From Alphaproteobacteria bacterium (GTDB lineage: Bacteria > Pseudomonadota > Alphaproteobacteria > JAJTHO01 > CANGYM01): a stretch of DNA of 57,677 bases. The notes under the pieces are model-generated. The model ran no database searches, was not told the DNA's origin, and was given only the letters and a program-made list of their open reading frames with translations. Within the stretch, counting starts at the first letter, position 1. Each line of letters begins with the position of its first letter. This document shows positions 40,642-50,438 of this stretch, in pieces. The stretch spans positions 1-57,677 of the forward strand of contig JBIIHL010000001.1 in assembly GCA_044235825.1 (NCBI GenBank), in the 5' to 3' direction. Position numbers and translations under genes: made by a program.

Positions 40642-41634
40642 CTATCGTCTCAACTGCACCAAAATCGGGGGCGTTAGGGCGGCGTTGGGGGTATCATTCA
40701 TCATCACCTGATGGATGCGATTGATGGCGGCTTGGTTTAATTTGACGCCCACACCCCAAGCATCGCCGTTTTGCCATTCGCGCTGGCTGGAAATCACGCC
40801 CACCATGGCAAAGGTATCATATAGGGGGTCATAGGCAAAAATCGGGCCGCCAGAGGTCCCCTCAAACGACAGGGCCCCATGTTCAAACTGATTGCCTTTG
40901 CCTGGGGACTCGGCATTGCGATAGGTTAAGGTTGTGCTGCGATACAGCTTGCCGTCTTCGCCCAAGGGGGGTTTGACCGGATAACCCGAAACGGTCAGGG
41001 CCATGGCAGAGCGCACATCGCTGGGATGAAAATGGGCATCTGTCACCAAAGCCACAGGCACGCTGCCCCATTTTTTCCAAAAGGCATCTCCGTAGGGGGC
41101 CGATTCTAAATGCACGAGCGCCACATCTTCGTTATTATCCAGTGCTGGCCCCGAAGAGCGCATATATTCCACAGAGGCAATTGTAACGGGGGGATAGGGG
41201 ATTTGTGATCCGTTGCGGGCGGCAAAAAATTTGCCGTCTTGGTAATAGCCCTGAGCTGCATCATAAAAACAATGGGCGGCCGTTAACACCACTTTGGGGG
41301 CGATCATGGTGCCGGTGCATCCATTGTATTGCGCCACACCAAAGCGAATTTGCAGCTGCCCCACGTACATCCATGGATACGTCAGGGTGTCTGCAACGGG
41401 GTCCATGGCAGGGGCTTTGGGGGTTGAATTTTCCTGCAAGACAGGGCCCATATCGCCGTAGCGGGCCTGATCCCGATAGCCGTCCTCGGCCCGTTGATAG
41501 GTGCTGAGCAAGGCATAGCGCAGGGCATCGTCCAGTCGAATGGACAGGGGTTTTCCCTCCTCGGCCAACGCAAAAGACGCTTGCGTCACAACACAAAGCA
41601 CCGTAAAAAAAAGATTCTTAAAAAAAGGGCGCAT
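40642..41634 (-). CDS. Secreted trypsin-like (S1 family) serine protease
   Basis: 330 aa. Signal peptide ending ALAEE. Catalytic His in LTAAHCF, Asp in NEDVALVHL, Ser in EGTSGGPIF. Confidence 0.75.
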   Translation of the reverse strand: MRPFFKNLFFTVLCVVTQASFALAEEGKPLSIRLDDALRYALLSTYQRAEDGYRDQARYGDMGPVLQENSTPKAPAMDPVADTLTYPWMYVGQLQIRFGVAQYNGCTGTMIAPKVVLTAAHCFYDAAQGYYQDGKFFAARNGSQIPYPPVTIASVEYMRSSGPALDNNEDVALVHLESAPYGDAFWKKWGSVPVALVTDAHFHPSDVRSAMALTVSGYPVKPPLGEDGKLYRSTTLTYRNAESPGKGNQFEHGALSFEGTSGGPIFAYDPLYDTFAMVGVISSQREWQNGDAWGVGVKLNQAAINRIHQVMMNDTPNAALTPPILVQLRR

Positions 41635-41700
41635 AACAACAGTGGTCTTTGTTTACCCCTAAGAGTAGGTCATGTTTATTTAAAAAGCAAGGATTTTTCC

Positions 41701-42381
41701 ATGCCCCTTATCCTCCTTCGTCATGGTCAAAGTGTTTGGAATCTGGAAAACCGCTTTACGGGTTGGGTGGATGTGGACCTGACGGATCAGGGAAAAGCTG
41801 AGGCCCAAAAGGCAGGACAAGCCCTGAAATCTGTGGGGGTGATGCCGGATGTGGTGTTTGTCTCGCCCCTGAAACGGGCTAGGGAAACCTGCCAGCGGGC
41901 GCTCTCAGAGCTGGGCTGTTCGGTCACCCCCCAAGAGTCGCCAGAAATGATTGAGCGGTTTTACGGTGCCCTGACCGGATTGAACAAAGAAGAAACGGCA
42001 GAGGCCCACGGCGCGGATCAGGTGCATACATGGCGCCGCAGTTACGATCAGGCCCCACCGGATTTGCAGGAAAGCCATGATTATCATCCTGCCAACAACC
42101 CGTTGTTTGAAAACTTTCCTTTCCGTTTGCCGGCCACGGAAAGCCTAAAGGACGTTGTGGATCGGGTGGATCCTTTTTATCGCAATATTCTCTCTCCCTT
42201 GCTGGCGCAGAACAAAACGGTGTTGATTGTGGCCCATGGCAACAGCATTCGGGCCCTGATCAAACTGATGGCGGGTCTGTCTGATCAAAAAATTGAGTCC
42301 GTGGAAATCCCCACCGGCCGTCCCGTGATGTTGACCCCAGAGGGCCAACATTGGAATTACAAAATTTTGCCATCATCATGA
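41701..42381 (+). CDS. gpmA: 2,3-bisphosphoglycerate-dependent phosphoglycerate mutase
   Basis: Start at [14 protein letters not shown] (41701); the upstream part of the track ORF is non-coding. Motifs RHG and AHGNSIRAL. Confidence 0.9.
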   Translation: MPLILLRHGQSVWNLENRFTGWVDVDLTDQGKAEAQKAGQALKSVGVMPDVVFVSPLKRARETCQRALSELGCSVTPQESPEMIERFYGALTGLNKEETAEAHGADQVHTWRRSYDQAPPDLQESHDYHPANNPLFENFPFRLPATESLKDVVDRVDPFYRNILSPLLAQNKTVLIVAHGNSIRALIKLMAGLSDQKIESVEIPTGRPVMLTPEGQHWNYKILPSS

Positions 42382-43256
42382 CCCTTGCCTTTCAAGACAT
42401 CATCCTGACATTACAGCAATTCTGGTCGCGCCAAGGGTGTGTTTTGCTGCAGCCCTATGACAAAGAAATGGGTGCGGGGACGTTTCATCCGGCAACGGCG
42501 TTAAAATGTTTGGGGCCGGATCCATGGTGCGCCGCGTATCCCCAGCCCTGTCGCCGCCCCACCGATGGCCGCTATGGCAACAATCCCAACCGGTTGCAGC
42601 ATTATTACCAGTTTCAGGTGATTTTAAAACCCAGCCCCGATGATGTTCAGGCGTTGTATCTGTCCAGTCTGGATGCCATCGGGTTATCCCGGAACGATCA
42701 TGACATTCGCTTTGTTGAGGATGATTGGGAAAGCCCCACCCTGGGCGCGGCAGGTTTGGGATGGGAAGTTTGGTGTGACGGTATGGAAATCACCCAGTTT
42801 ACCTATTTTCAGCAGATGGGGGGCATTCCCTGTGACCCTGTTTCTGTGGAATTGACCTATGGGCTAGAGCGGCTGGCCATGTACATTCAGGGCCGCGAAA
42901 ACGTTTATGATTTGGCATTTAATGATGCATCATCCCGTTATCCCATGACCTACGGTGATGTATTTTTGGCCAACGAACGGCAGCAGTCGGCGTATAATTT
43001 TGAGGCTGCGGATACCTTGGCCTTAAAAAACGCCTTTGAAACGGCAGAAAGGGAATGCCCCCGTCTGCTCGCGCTGGGATTGATCTTGCCGGCCTATGAA
43101 CAGGCCATTGGGGCCAGTCATCTGTTTAACCTGATGGATGCGCGGGGCATGATTGGGGTGAATGAACGGGCACGGACCATCGGCCGCATTCGGGCTTTGG
43201 CCAAGGCCTGCTGTGAAGCGTATACACAACCCCAGACAGAAGGGGAAAACGCCTGA
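42378..43256 (+). CDS. glyQ: Glycine--tRNA ligase alpha subunit
   Basis: Start at [16 protein letters not shown], with ATGA overlap with the gpmA stop. Motif [12 protein letters not shown]. Confidence 0.95.
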   Translation: MTLAFQDIILTLQQFWSRQGCVLLQPYDKEMGAGTFHPATALKCLGPDPWCAAYPQPCRRPTDGRYGNNPNRLQHYYQFQVILKPSPDDVQALYLSSLDAIGLSRNDHDIRFVEDDWESPTLGAAGLGWEVWCDGMEITQFTYFQQMGGIPCDPVSVELTYGLERLAMYIQGRENVYDLAFNDASSRYPMTYGDVFLANERQQSAYNFEAADTLALKNAFETAERECPRLLALGLILPAYEQAIGASHLFNLMDARGMIGVNERARTIGRIRALAKACCEAYTQPQTEGENA

Positions 43257-45358
43257 TGGTTGATTTTCTGCTCGAATTAAACAGCGAAGAAATTCCCGCC
43301 CGTTTTTTGGTGGAGGATGTTCGGCGGGATGTATTGTTCAGGGATTTTCTGGCCAAGTTTGGCTTTGCTGATGCCTCTTTTCGCTCTTTTGATGCCCCCC
43401 GTCGCATTGGCTTTTTGGTGAGCGGTTTGCCCGCAACCCTGCCCGCCCGATCCGAAGAAATCCGCGGCCCCAAAACCACCGCCCCCGCCGATGTTGTGGC
43501 CAAGTTTCAAGAGCGATATGCCACGGCCACCTTTTCCATTGCGGAAACACCCAAAGGCACGTTTCACATCGCCACAGTCACAACGCCGCCCATCCCCTTG
43601 GCCCAGGCCTTGGCCCCCGCCATTGCTGATTTTATCATGACCTATCCTTGGCCAAAATCCATGACATGGGGCGATACGACGCTGCGATGGGTGCGGCCCC
43701 TGCGCCGGATTGTGGCCATGGTGGATGATCAGGTTTTGCCCGGGGGATTGTTTTTGGGACATGGAAACCACGCCCCCCAGTACGTTACCGACACAACGGG
43801 GCCACGGATTCTGCTCTATAGCAACCTGTCGCTGGGGCGTTTGGGATTAAACGGGGCGCCGGATGTTCCGGTGACGCCGGCGACGTATCAGCATGCTTTG
43901 GAAAACCAAGGTATTTTGGCCTACTCCTCGGATCGTTACAGTCAAATGGTCCAAAAGATTGTCGATCTTTGTAAAGAAAACCATGTTCCCTTGCCAGAGG
44001 GGTTTCCTATGGATCCCATGGATATTTTGCTTGATATACATGTCAGCAAGCTCGTTGATTACCCCGCCCCCTTCATCGGCCGCATTGATGCGGAGTTTAT
44101 GCACCTGCCGGCGCCGATTATTAAAACGGTGATGGCGGTGCATCAGAAATACTTTGCCACGCAGCATTCGGATGGGGCCTTGGCCCCCTATTTTGTGGGG
44201 GTGGCTAACCGTGTTGATCCCGACGTTCCCCAAGGCATCATTCATGGGAACGAGCGCGTTTTGCGGGCCCGCCTGTCCGATGCCGCGTTTTTTTGGGAAA
44301 CGGATTTAAAACAACCGCTGGAATCCTATAACGACCATCTAAAAGCCCGCACCTTTCATGCGGGCTTGGCGGCGTTCGGGCTGGATGCAACGGTTTATGG
44401 AAAGGTTCAGCGGATGCTGGCCCTCGCCCCTGTGGTGGCGGGTTTGGTTCGGGGGGTAGACCTTCCCAAACTCTTGCGGGCGGTGAGCCTATCCAAGGCC
44501 GATCTGGCCACAGGCATGGTGGGGGAATTTCCGGAATTACAGGGACAAGTGGGGTCGTTTTACGCCCATCATCAGGGGGAAGACGCGGAGATCGTGGCCG
44601 CCATGCGGGCCCAGTACCTGTGGGGGGATGCGTTTCCCAACACCGAGGCATTATCTTTGGCGTTGGCCTTGGTGGACCGTCTGGATAGCTTGCTCAGCTT
44701 TTTTGCCGCCGGTGAAAAAACCACGGGCAGTAAGGACCCTTATGGCCTGCGCCGCTTGGCGTACGGGATTGTGGGGTTGGTTCTGGATAATCCCCATATC
44801 CCCTCGTTTGATGTGGACTCTGTGAAAAACATCGCGGTGACCCATCATTATCCTGAAGCACACAAGCCCTTTTCAGAATCTGTCTTTCAGGATGTTCAGG
44901 CGTTTCTTTTGGACAAGACCATCACGTTTTTAACAGAAAACGCCGATATTCCGGTGGAGATCATCAGGACCGTTGTGCCCCAAGACACTTCTCAAGGCAC
45001 CTCTGTGGACCTCGCGCTGCTCGCCATTAAAGCCAAGGCCCTAGCGGATTTCCCGCACCGAGAGACCCTGCAGGCCACTATCATTCGCCTCAAGGGCTTG
45101 GGCGGTGATGAAACATCCCCCGTGGATGAAGCCTTATTAAATGACCCGCTGGAAAAACAGGTTTACCAAGGGATGCAGTCCCTCCCCCCCCTTGCCTTGC
45201 CCGTCACGCCAGAAAAAGAAACCCTGCGCCTGCATGCCTTGGTCACATTATCCCAATCTGTGAATGCCATGCTGGATGCCCTGCGGATCAACGATCCCGT
45301 GTATGGCGTGAACCGCCGCGCCTTGGTGCGGGCGTTGTTGGGGCGGTATACATCATAG
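43256..45358 (+). CDS. glyS: Glycine--tRNA ligase beta subunit
   Basis: 700 aa. N-terminus LLELNSEEIPARF. 1-nt overlap with the glyQ stop. Confidence 0.93.
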   Translation: MVDFLLELNSEEIPARFLVEDVRRDVLFRDFLAKFGFADASFRSFDAPRRIGFLVSGLPATLPARSEEIRGPKTTAPADVVAKFQERYATATFSIAETPKGTFHIATVTTPPIPLAQALAPAIADFIMTYPWPKSMTWGDTTLRWVRPLRRIVAMVDDQVLPGGLFLGHGNHAPQYVTDTTGPRILLYSNLSLGRLGLNGAPDVPVTPATYQHALENQGILAYSSDRYSQMVQKIVDLCKENHVPLPEGFPMDPMDILLDIHVSKLVDYPAPFIGRIDAEFMHLPAPIIKTVMAVHQKYFATQHSDGALAPYFVGVANRVDPDVPQGIIHGNERVLRARLSDAAFFWETDLKQPLESYNDHLKARTFHAGLAAFGLDATVYGKVQRMLALAPVVAGLVRGVDLPKLLRAVSLSKADLATGMVGEFPELQGQVGSFYAHHQGEDAEIVAAMRAQYLWGDAFPNTEALSLALALVDRLDSLLSFFAAGEKTTGSKDPYGLRRLAYGIVGLVLDNPHIPSFDVDSVKNIAVTHHYPEAHKPFSESVFQDVQAFLLDKTITFLTENADIPVEIIRTVVPQDTSQGTSVDLALLAIKAKALADFPHRETLQATIIRLKGLGGDETSPVDEALLNDPLEKQVYQGMQSLPPLALPVTPEKETLRLHALVTLSQSVNAMLDALRINDPVYGVNRRALVRALLGRYTS

Positions 45359-45362
45359 CACC

Positions 45363-45917
45363 CTACAACCTCGGCAACGTCACCCCCGTTTGGCCCATGT
45401 ATTTGCCGCAGCGGTCCGCATAGGTCACCTCGCAGGGGGAATCGCCTTTTAGGAAAAGAAACTGGCAGATGCCCTCGTTGGCATAAATTTTGGCCGGCAG
45501 GGGTGTTGTGTTGGAAATTTCTATGGTGACGTGACCTTCCCAGCCAGGCTCCAGCGGGGTGACATTCACAATAATCCCGCAGCGGGCATATGTGGATTTG
45601 CCTAGGCAAATCACCAAAACATCGCTGGGAATGCGAAAATACTCCACCGTCCGCGCCAAGGCAAAGCTGTTGGGGGGGACAATACAAACCTCTTTTTTGC
45701 GATCCACAAAGGATGTGTGGGAAAAATCCTTCGGATCAATGGTGGCCGCATCCACGTTGGTAAAAATTTTAAAGTCATCGGCCACACGGGCATCATACCC
45801 ATAGGAGGATAAGCCATAGGAAATCACGCCAGAGCGCGTCTGTTTTTCCACAAAGGGCGTGATCATGTTGTTGTTTTGGGCTTGGGTGCGAATCCAATGA
45901 TCGGGAAGAATGCTCAT
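45363..45917 (-). CDS. dcd: dCTP deaminase
   Basis: 184 aa. Motifs [14 protein letters not shown] and [12 protein letters not shown]. Confidence 0.93.
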   Translation of the reverse strand: MSILPDHWIRTQAQNNNMITPFVEKQTRSGVISYGLSSYGYDARVADDFKIFTNVDAATIDPKDFSHTSFVDRKKEVCIVPPNSFALARTVEYFRIPSDVLVICLGKSTYARCGIIVNVTPLEPGWEGHVTIEISNTTPLPAKIYANEGICQFLFLKGDSPCEVTYADRCGKYMGQTGVTLPRL

Positions 45918-46060
45918 GATCGCCTCGGCTGAGAAGGTGTTGTGATGGACGTGGGGGCGGAGGGCGCCGGTTCAGGGGACGGCGCAGCGGACCCCTTTTT
46001 ACGGCGGCGCAGATTGTGTCGCAAAGCGGCGGCGAGTTGTTCGGGTGTAGATTTGGCCAT
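45914..46060 (-). CDS. Candidate 48-aa basic/Pro-rich micro-ORF coupled to dcd (hypothetical)
   Basis: Hand-translated as [48 protein letters not shown]. Its TGA overlaps the dcd ATG (ATGA). No clear Shine-Dalgarno. Too short to appear in the ORF track. Confidence 0.3.
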   Translation of the reverse strand: MAKSTPEQLAAALRHNLRRRKKGSAAPSPEPAPSAPTSITTPSQPRRS

Positions 46061-46165
46061 AACAATAAAAATTTTAAGCGTGATTCGAGAGAGGATTCAA
46101 CAAAATCTCTTGCAGGTGTAAGGGGTTTTTGATAAGAAGGCAATCCCTGTGTTGCGCTGAGGCGG

Positions 46166-46193
46166 GTGAATTGTAACATTCACGGGCATGCCC
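46166..46193 (+). promoter_or_regulatory. Two adjacent perfect palindromes in the rpmI leader (operator or leader-RNA hairpins)
   Basis: GTGAAT-TGTAAC-ATTCAC (46166-46183) is directly followed by GGGCATGCCC (46184-46193). They end 37 nt upstream of the rpmI ATG. Confidence 0.3.
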
Positions 46194-46229
46194 AGCCAAC
46201 CTTAACCTGAAAAACGACCCGAGGATCAA

Positions 46230-46427
46230 ATGCCCAAATTGAAAACCAAAAGCAGCGCCAAAAAGCGCTTTAAAGTCACAGGAACCGGCAAAATCACCGC
46301 CTATCCTGCCAACAAGAGTCACAATCTGCGTCGTCGCTCTTCGAAAATGAAACGTCAAACGCGCGAAAATATGGTGCTGAAGGATTGCGATGCCAAAATC
46401 GTTCGTCCTTTCTTGCCCTATCTATAA
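46230..46427 (+). CDS. rpmI: 50S ribosomal protein L35
   Basis: 65 aa. N-terminus MPKLKTKSSAKKRFKVTGTGK. Confidence 0.95.
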   Translation: MPKLKTKSSAKKRFKVTGTGKITAYPANKSHNLRRRSSKMKRQTRENMVLKDCDAKIVRPFLPYL

Positions 46428-46452
46428 TCGCTGAATTCAGGAGACTCTTGTC

Positions 46453-46833
46453 ATGGCCCATGTCAAACGCGGTACCACCACCCATGCCCGCCACAAAAAG
46501 GTGATGAAGGCAGCCAAAGGATACTATGGCCGCCGCAAAAATTGTTTCAGAACAGCTGTTCAGGCAGTTGAAAAAGCCGGCCAGTACGCCTACCGCGACC
46601 GTCGCAACAAAAAACGGACCTTCCGCAGCCTGTGGATCCAGCGGATCAATGCGGCTGTTCGGGCTCAGGGTCTGAAATACTCTGATTTTATTGCGGGACT
46701 CAAGGCCGCCAATGTGGTCATGGACCGCAAGGCCCTTTCCGAGCTGGCCATTCACAATCCAGAGGCGTTCTCTCATGTTGTGGAAACAGCGTTAAAAGCC
46801 CTTGATGCCAAGTCTACACCTGCTGCGGCCTAA
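46453..46833 (+). CDS. rplT: 50S ribosomal protein L20
   Basis: 126 aa. Motifs [17 protein letters not shown] and [10 protein letters not shown]. Confidence 0.96.
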   Translation: MAHVKRGTTTHARHKKVMKAAKGYYGRRKNCFRTAVQAVEKAGQYAYRDRRNKKRTFRSLWIQRINAAVRAQGLKYSDFIAGLKAANVVMDRKALSELAIHNPEAFSHVVETALKALDAKSTPAAA

Positions 46834-47879
46834 TGCTGGGGGATCTTTCCGGTTTACGGGATCGTATTCTGGCTGACTTGGCCGCTGCGTCTACGTTGGA
46901 GGCGCTAGAGGCCCTGCGGGTCTCTGCCTTGGGCAAAAAAGGATCCCTAACCGCGGTCTTTTCTGCCCTGCGGGACCTTTCACCAGAGGACAAACGCACG
47001 GCGGGCCAAGAGGTTAATGCGGTTAAGCTGGTTATCGAAGATGCCTTGGCCCATCGCACGCAGGTTTTAAAAGACCACGCCCTGCAACAGCAGATCAAAA
47101 CCCAGACCCTGGACATGACCCTGCCCCCCACCACAGTGGGGTTGGGGCGTCGTCATCCGCTCAGCCGTACGCTGGATGATATTGTGGCCCTGTTTGCCCG
47201 CCAAGGGTTTGTCCTGCACCATGGACCGGATGTTGAGGATGACGAGCATAATTTCGGCGCCCTGAATTTCCCCGCCCATCACCCCGCGCGTCAGATGCAT
47301 GATACCTTTTATGTGGATCAAACGGATGCCCATGGTAACCCCATGCTGCTGCGCACGCATACGTCGTGCGTGCAAATTCATGCCCTGAAAGGGGCCACGT
47401 TGCCGGCGCGTATTTTGGCTGCGGGCCGGACCTATCGCTGCGATTCCGATCAAACCCACACCCCCATGTTTCATCAGGTTGAGGGGGTTGTCATCGAAGA
47501 TGGCATCACCATGGGCCATCTCAGGGGGTGTCTGGAAACCTTTTTGGCGGATTTTTTCGAACGTGATCGGGTGGACATCCGGTTCCGTCCCAGCTATTTC
47601 CCATTTACCGAGCCCTCTGCCGAGGTTGACATTCGCTGTCGCCGCGACGCCAATGGTATCGTGATTGGGGAAGGCGACGACTGGCTGGAGGTCCTAGGCT
47701 GCGGCATGATTCACCCCAACGTGCTGTCCGCCTGCGGCGTGGATCCCGCCCGTCATCAGGGCTTTGCCTTTGGTCTGGGCGTTGAACGTCTGGCCATGCT
47801 GAAATACGGCATCAGCGATTTGCGCATGTTTTTCCAAAACGATGGCCGGTGGTTGGGGCATTATGGGTTTGTGTCGTAA
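46833..47879 (+). CDS. pheS: Phenylalanine--tRNA ligase alpha subunit
   Basis: 348 aa. Class II motifs FPAHHPARQMHDTFY, RTHTS, FRPSYFPFTEPS, GFAFGLGVERLAM. Confidence 0.95.
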   Translation: MLGDLSGLRDRILADLAAASTLEALEALRVSALGKKGSLTAVFSALRDLSPEDKRTAGQEVNAVKLVIEDALAHRTQVLKDHALQQQIKTQTLDMTLPPTTVGLGRRHPLSRTLDDIVALFARQGFVLHHGPDVEDDEHNFGALNFPAHHPARQMHDTFYVDQTDAHGNPMLLRTHTSCVQIHALKGATLPARILAAGRTYRCDSDQTHTPMFHQVEGVVIEDGITMGHLRGCLETFLADFFERDRVDIRFRPSYFPFTEPSAEVDIRCRRDANGIVIGEGDDWLEVLGCGMIHPNVLSACGVDPARHQGFAFGLGVERLAMLKYGISDLRMFFQNDGRWLGHYGFVS

Positions 47880-48029
47880 GGACCCTTTTGAACACCTCGC
47901 ACATCACCCCCACCCTCTGTGAAACCCCCTAAAAATCACCCATAAAAACCCCCTTGGCAGGCGGGGCAAAATCGGTTAGAATCTAAGGAAGATTTGATTG
48001 AGTTTTTTGGCCATTGGAGTTCACATTTT

Positions 48030-48593
48030 ATGTTGCCCTTTGCCGCTGTAGGTTTTTTGGCAGCTTTGGCCATGTCTGGCGGCGCTGCGCACAGCTTAGA
48101 AAGCAGCAAGGAATCTTTATCTAGGCCTCAGCGTGTTGCTCTAAGTGTACTGTCAATTCCTTTTGAGGCCCTTATAGAAGCGCCCATCGAACAAATATTA
48201 GGGGTAAATACTAAAAGTGGAAAATTTGGTGGTACAAATGTTTTTACAGGTACAGCCCCGCAATTTTTAACAAATGCTTTGGAGACCTTCAGAACAACGA
48301 TGCTACCAAATAATCATGGGACTGATGGTATCGGGTTTCCAAATACTTCATCATTGACCCTAAACACTAATGGGCTGAAGGATTCATCCAAAGCCTTTAA
48401 ATTTTTATCGGAATGGCTGCTTCTTACGCTTAGTGGCGGGGCTAATCTGATACGCATAACAACGCCAGCTCAACAAAAAGAAGAAATAAACAAAATCACA
48501 CGTATGGTTACTGGTATTGCCGATTTTTTTCGCTGGAATTTAGACACTCTTATTGCTAACCCTGCTTTTCAATCTGTAACAGCTAGGGGCTAG
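48030..48593 (+). CDS. Hypothetical exported protein (orphan, AT-rich)
   Basis: Start placed at MLPFAAVGFLAALAMSGGAAHS (signal peptide). Thr/Asn/Ser-rich with no motif I recognise. A 60-nt sample at 48181-48240 counts about 38% GC. Confidence 0.5.
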   Translation: MLPFAAVGFLAALAMSGGAAHSLESSKESLSRPQRVALSVLSIPFEALIEAPIEQILGVNTKSGKFGGTNVFTGTAPQFLTNALETFRTTMLPNNHGTDGIGFPNTSSLTLNTNGLKDSSKAFKFLSEWLLLTLSGGANLIRITTPAQQKEEINKITRMVTGIADFFRWNLDTLIANPAFQSVTARG

Positions 48594-48695
48594 GCTGGCG
48601 CCTAAAACTAACAACGCTGTGTAACAACCCCCTATCCCCCCCCTAAAAAATGTGCTAAGGTGGCGTCCGTTTGGATGGAGAGAGCGACAAAAACC

Positions 48696-49157
48696 ATGTC
48701 TGTTTTGGATCGGCTGAAAGGATTGTTCGGGGGATCCTCTGAACGGGTTGATGGAAACGATATCCCCTTGGCCACGGCCGTCATTTTGCTGGAATTATCC
48801 CTGAGTGATGAAGGTCTGGATTCGGTGGAAATGAAAACCATCGTTGATCTGTTGTCCAAAAAATTTGGATGCACGCTGGCCGAGGCCCACGTGTTAATTC
48901 AACAGGCCGAAGAAAAACTGGACGGCCGCGACCATTTTTATCAATGCACCAAGATTCTGAAAAATCATCTGGACGAACGCGGCCGCGAAGGCATCATGGA
49001 AATGCTGTGGACACTGGTTTGCGTCAACGACCGAATTGATGATCATGAATCCGCCCTGATGCGAAAAATTGCCGGTATGCTGTATGTTTCCGACAAACGA
49101 TCCGGCGAAATCCGCCAGAGTGTTTTGGCCATGGCGGCGCTGGGCAAGCCCTCTTAA
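48696..49157 (+). CDS. TerB-family (tellurite-resistance-like) protein
   Basis: Start at MSVLDRLKGLFG. Motifs AVILLELSLSDEGLDSVE and ND.IDDHESALMRKIAGML are typical of the TerB fold. Confidence 0.7.
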   Translation: MSVLDRLKGLFGGSSERVDGNDIPLATAVILLELSLSDEGLDSVEMKTIVDLLSKKFGCTLAEAHVLIQQAEEKLDGRDHFYQCTKILKNHLDERGREGIMEMLWTLVCVNDRIDDHESALMRKIAGMLYVSDKRSGEIRQSVLAMAALGKPS

Positions 49158-49190
49158 TGTTTATGATCTAACGAAAGAAAGGTAAACTCT

Positions 49191-49529
49191 ATGACCTTTG
49201 TCGTCACTGAAGACTGTATCCGCTGCAAATATATGGACTGCGTCGAGGTATGCCCCGTGGATTGCTTTCACGAAGGCATCAACATGCTGGTCATTGATCC
49301 AGAAGAGTGCATTGACTGCGGCGTGTGCGAACCCGAATGCCCCGCCGAAGCCATTTTGCCCGACACCGACGACAGGGCAGAGGCATGGCTGGACCTGAAT
49401 CGAACCTACGCCGCCCAATGGCCCACCATCACCCAAAAGGGGGAACGTCCCGATGATGCCGACGCATGGAAAGGCGTGCCGGACAAATTCCAAGAGCACT
49501 TTGATGAAGGGGCAGGGGAGGGGTCATAG
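49191..49529 (+). CDS. fdxA: 7Fe ferredoxin (FdxA type)
   Basis: 112 aa. Cluster motifs [18 protein letters not shown] and [12 protein letters not shown]. Confidence 0.93.
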   Translation: MTFVVTEDCIRCKYMDCVEVCPVDCFHEGINMLVIDPEECIDCGVCEPECPAEAILPDTDDRAEAWLDLNRTYAAQWPTITQKGERPDDADAWKGVPDKFQEHFDEGAGEGS

Positions 49530-49625
49530 GCCAAAACCACGTTTTTCTGTGACCGATGTAACATTTGGCACAGACCAATTTTTTTTCTTCGTTCATAATG
49601 ATAACAACAAACCAGAGGACAGACC

Positions 49626-50120
49626 ATGGCTCAGGCACACTACAAAAACGGTGATTATGTTGTTTACCCTACCCACGGCGTGGGACAAGTAAAAGGCATT
49701 GAAAAACAACAGGTTGCCGGAACATCGGTGGATTTAATCGTTATTCACTTTACCCACGACCGCATGGTGCTGCGTTTGCCCATGCACCGCCTAGAAAGTT
49801 CAGGCCTGCGCCCTGTATGCACCGAAGATAAAATGAATCTGGCCCTGAAAAAACTCAAAGGCCGATCCCGCGTGAAAAAAACCATGTGGTCCCGCCGCGC
49901 CCAAGAATATGAAATGAAAATCAATTCCGGTGACCCCGCCGCCATTGCCGAGGTTGTTCGGGATCTGTATAAAAATTCCCAGCAGCCGGATCAGTCCTAT
50001 AGCGAACGCCAGATTTACCGCACCGCGCTGGACCGCTTGGCCCGCGAGCTGGCCGCCGTTGAAAACATTGACGAAGATTTGGCGGCCATGAAATTAGAGG
50101 AAATGATGAACGCCGCTTAA
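49626..50120 (+). CDS. carD: CarD-family transcriptional regulator
   Basis: 164 aa. Motifs GDYVVYPTHGVGQVKGIE and MWSRRAQEY. Confidence 0.9.
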   Translation: MAQAHYKNGDYVVYPTHGVGQVKGIEKQQVAGTSVDLIVIHFTHDRMVLRLPMHRLESSGLRPVCTEDKMNLALKKLKGRSRVKKTMWSRRAQEYEMKINSGDPAAIAEVVRDLYKNSQQPDQSYSERQIYRTALDRLARELAAVENIDEDLAAMKLEEMMNAA

Positions 50121-50138
50121 GCAAACGTAGGAGGCGAT

Positions 50139-50438
50139 ATGCACGTTCGTATTTTCAAACCCACCAAAAACGCCATGCAATCCCCACGGGCAGGGCAGGG
50201 GGGCTGGTGCCTTCACCCCCATGCCCAAACCGGCAAAACCCCCAACGCCCTGATGGGCTGGATCAGCGGTTCTGATACCACGGAACAAATCAACCTGTTT
50301 TTTGACACCGCAGAGGATGCCATGCACTACGCCCAGCAGCGGGGTTGGACCTATACCGTTTCCCCCGATCACACCCGCACGGTGCGGCCAAAATCCTACG
50401 CTGCCAACTTTACCCATAACAGGCCCATCACCCCATGA
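50139..50438 (+). CDS. ETC complex I NDUFS4-like small protein
   Basis: 99 aa. Motifs RIFKPTKNAMQS, LMGWISGSDTTEQINL, KSYAANF. Confidence 0.8.
   Translation: MHVRIFKPTKNAMQSPRAGQGGWCLHPHAQTGKTPNALMGWISGSDTTEQINLFFDTAEDAMHYAQQRGWTYTVSPDHTRTVRPKSYAANFTHNRPITP

Noticed and set aside
41494-41700. N-terminal 69-codon extension of the gpmA ORF in the track
   Set aside because: The extension starts at a non-ATG codon, overlaps the divergent protease gene and has no similarity to GpmA. The canonical [11 protein letters not shown] start is at 41701.
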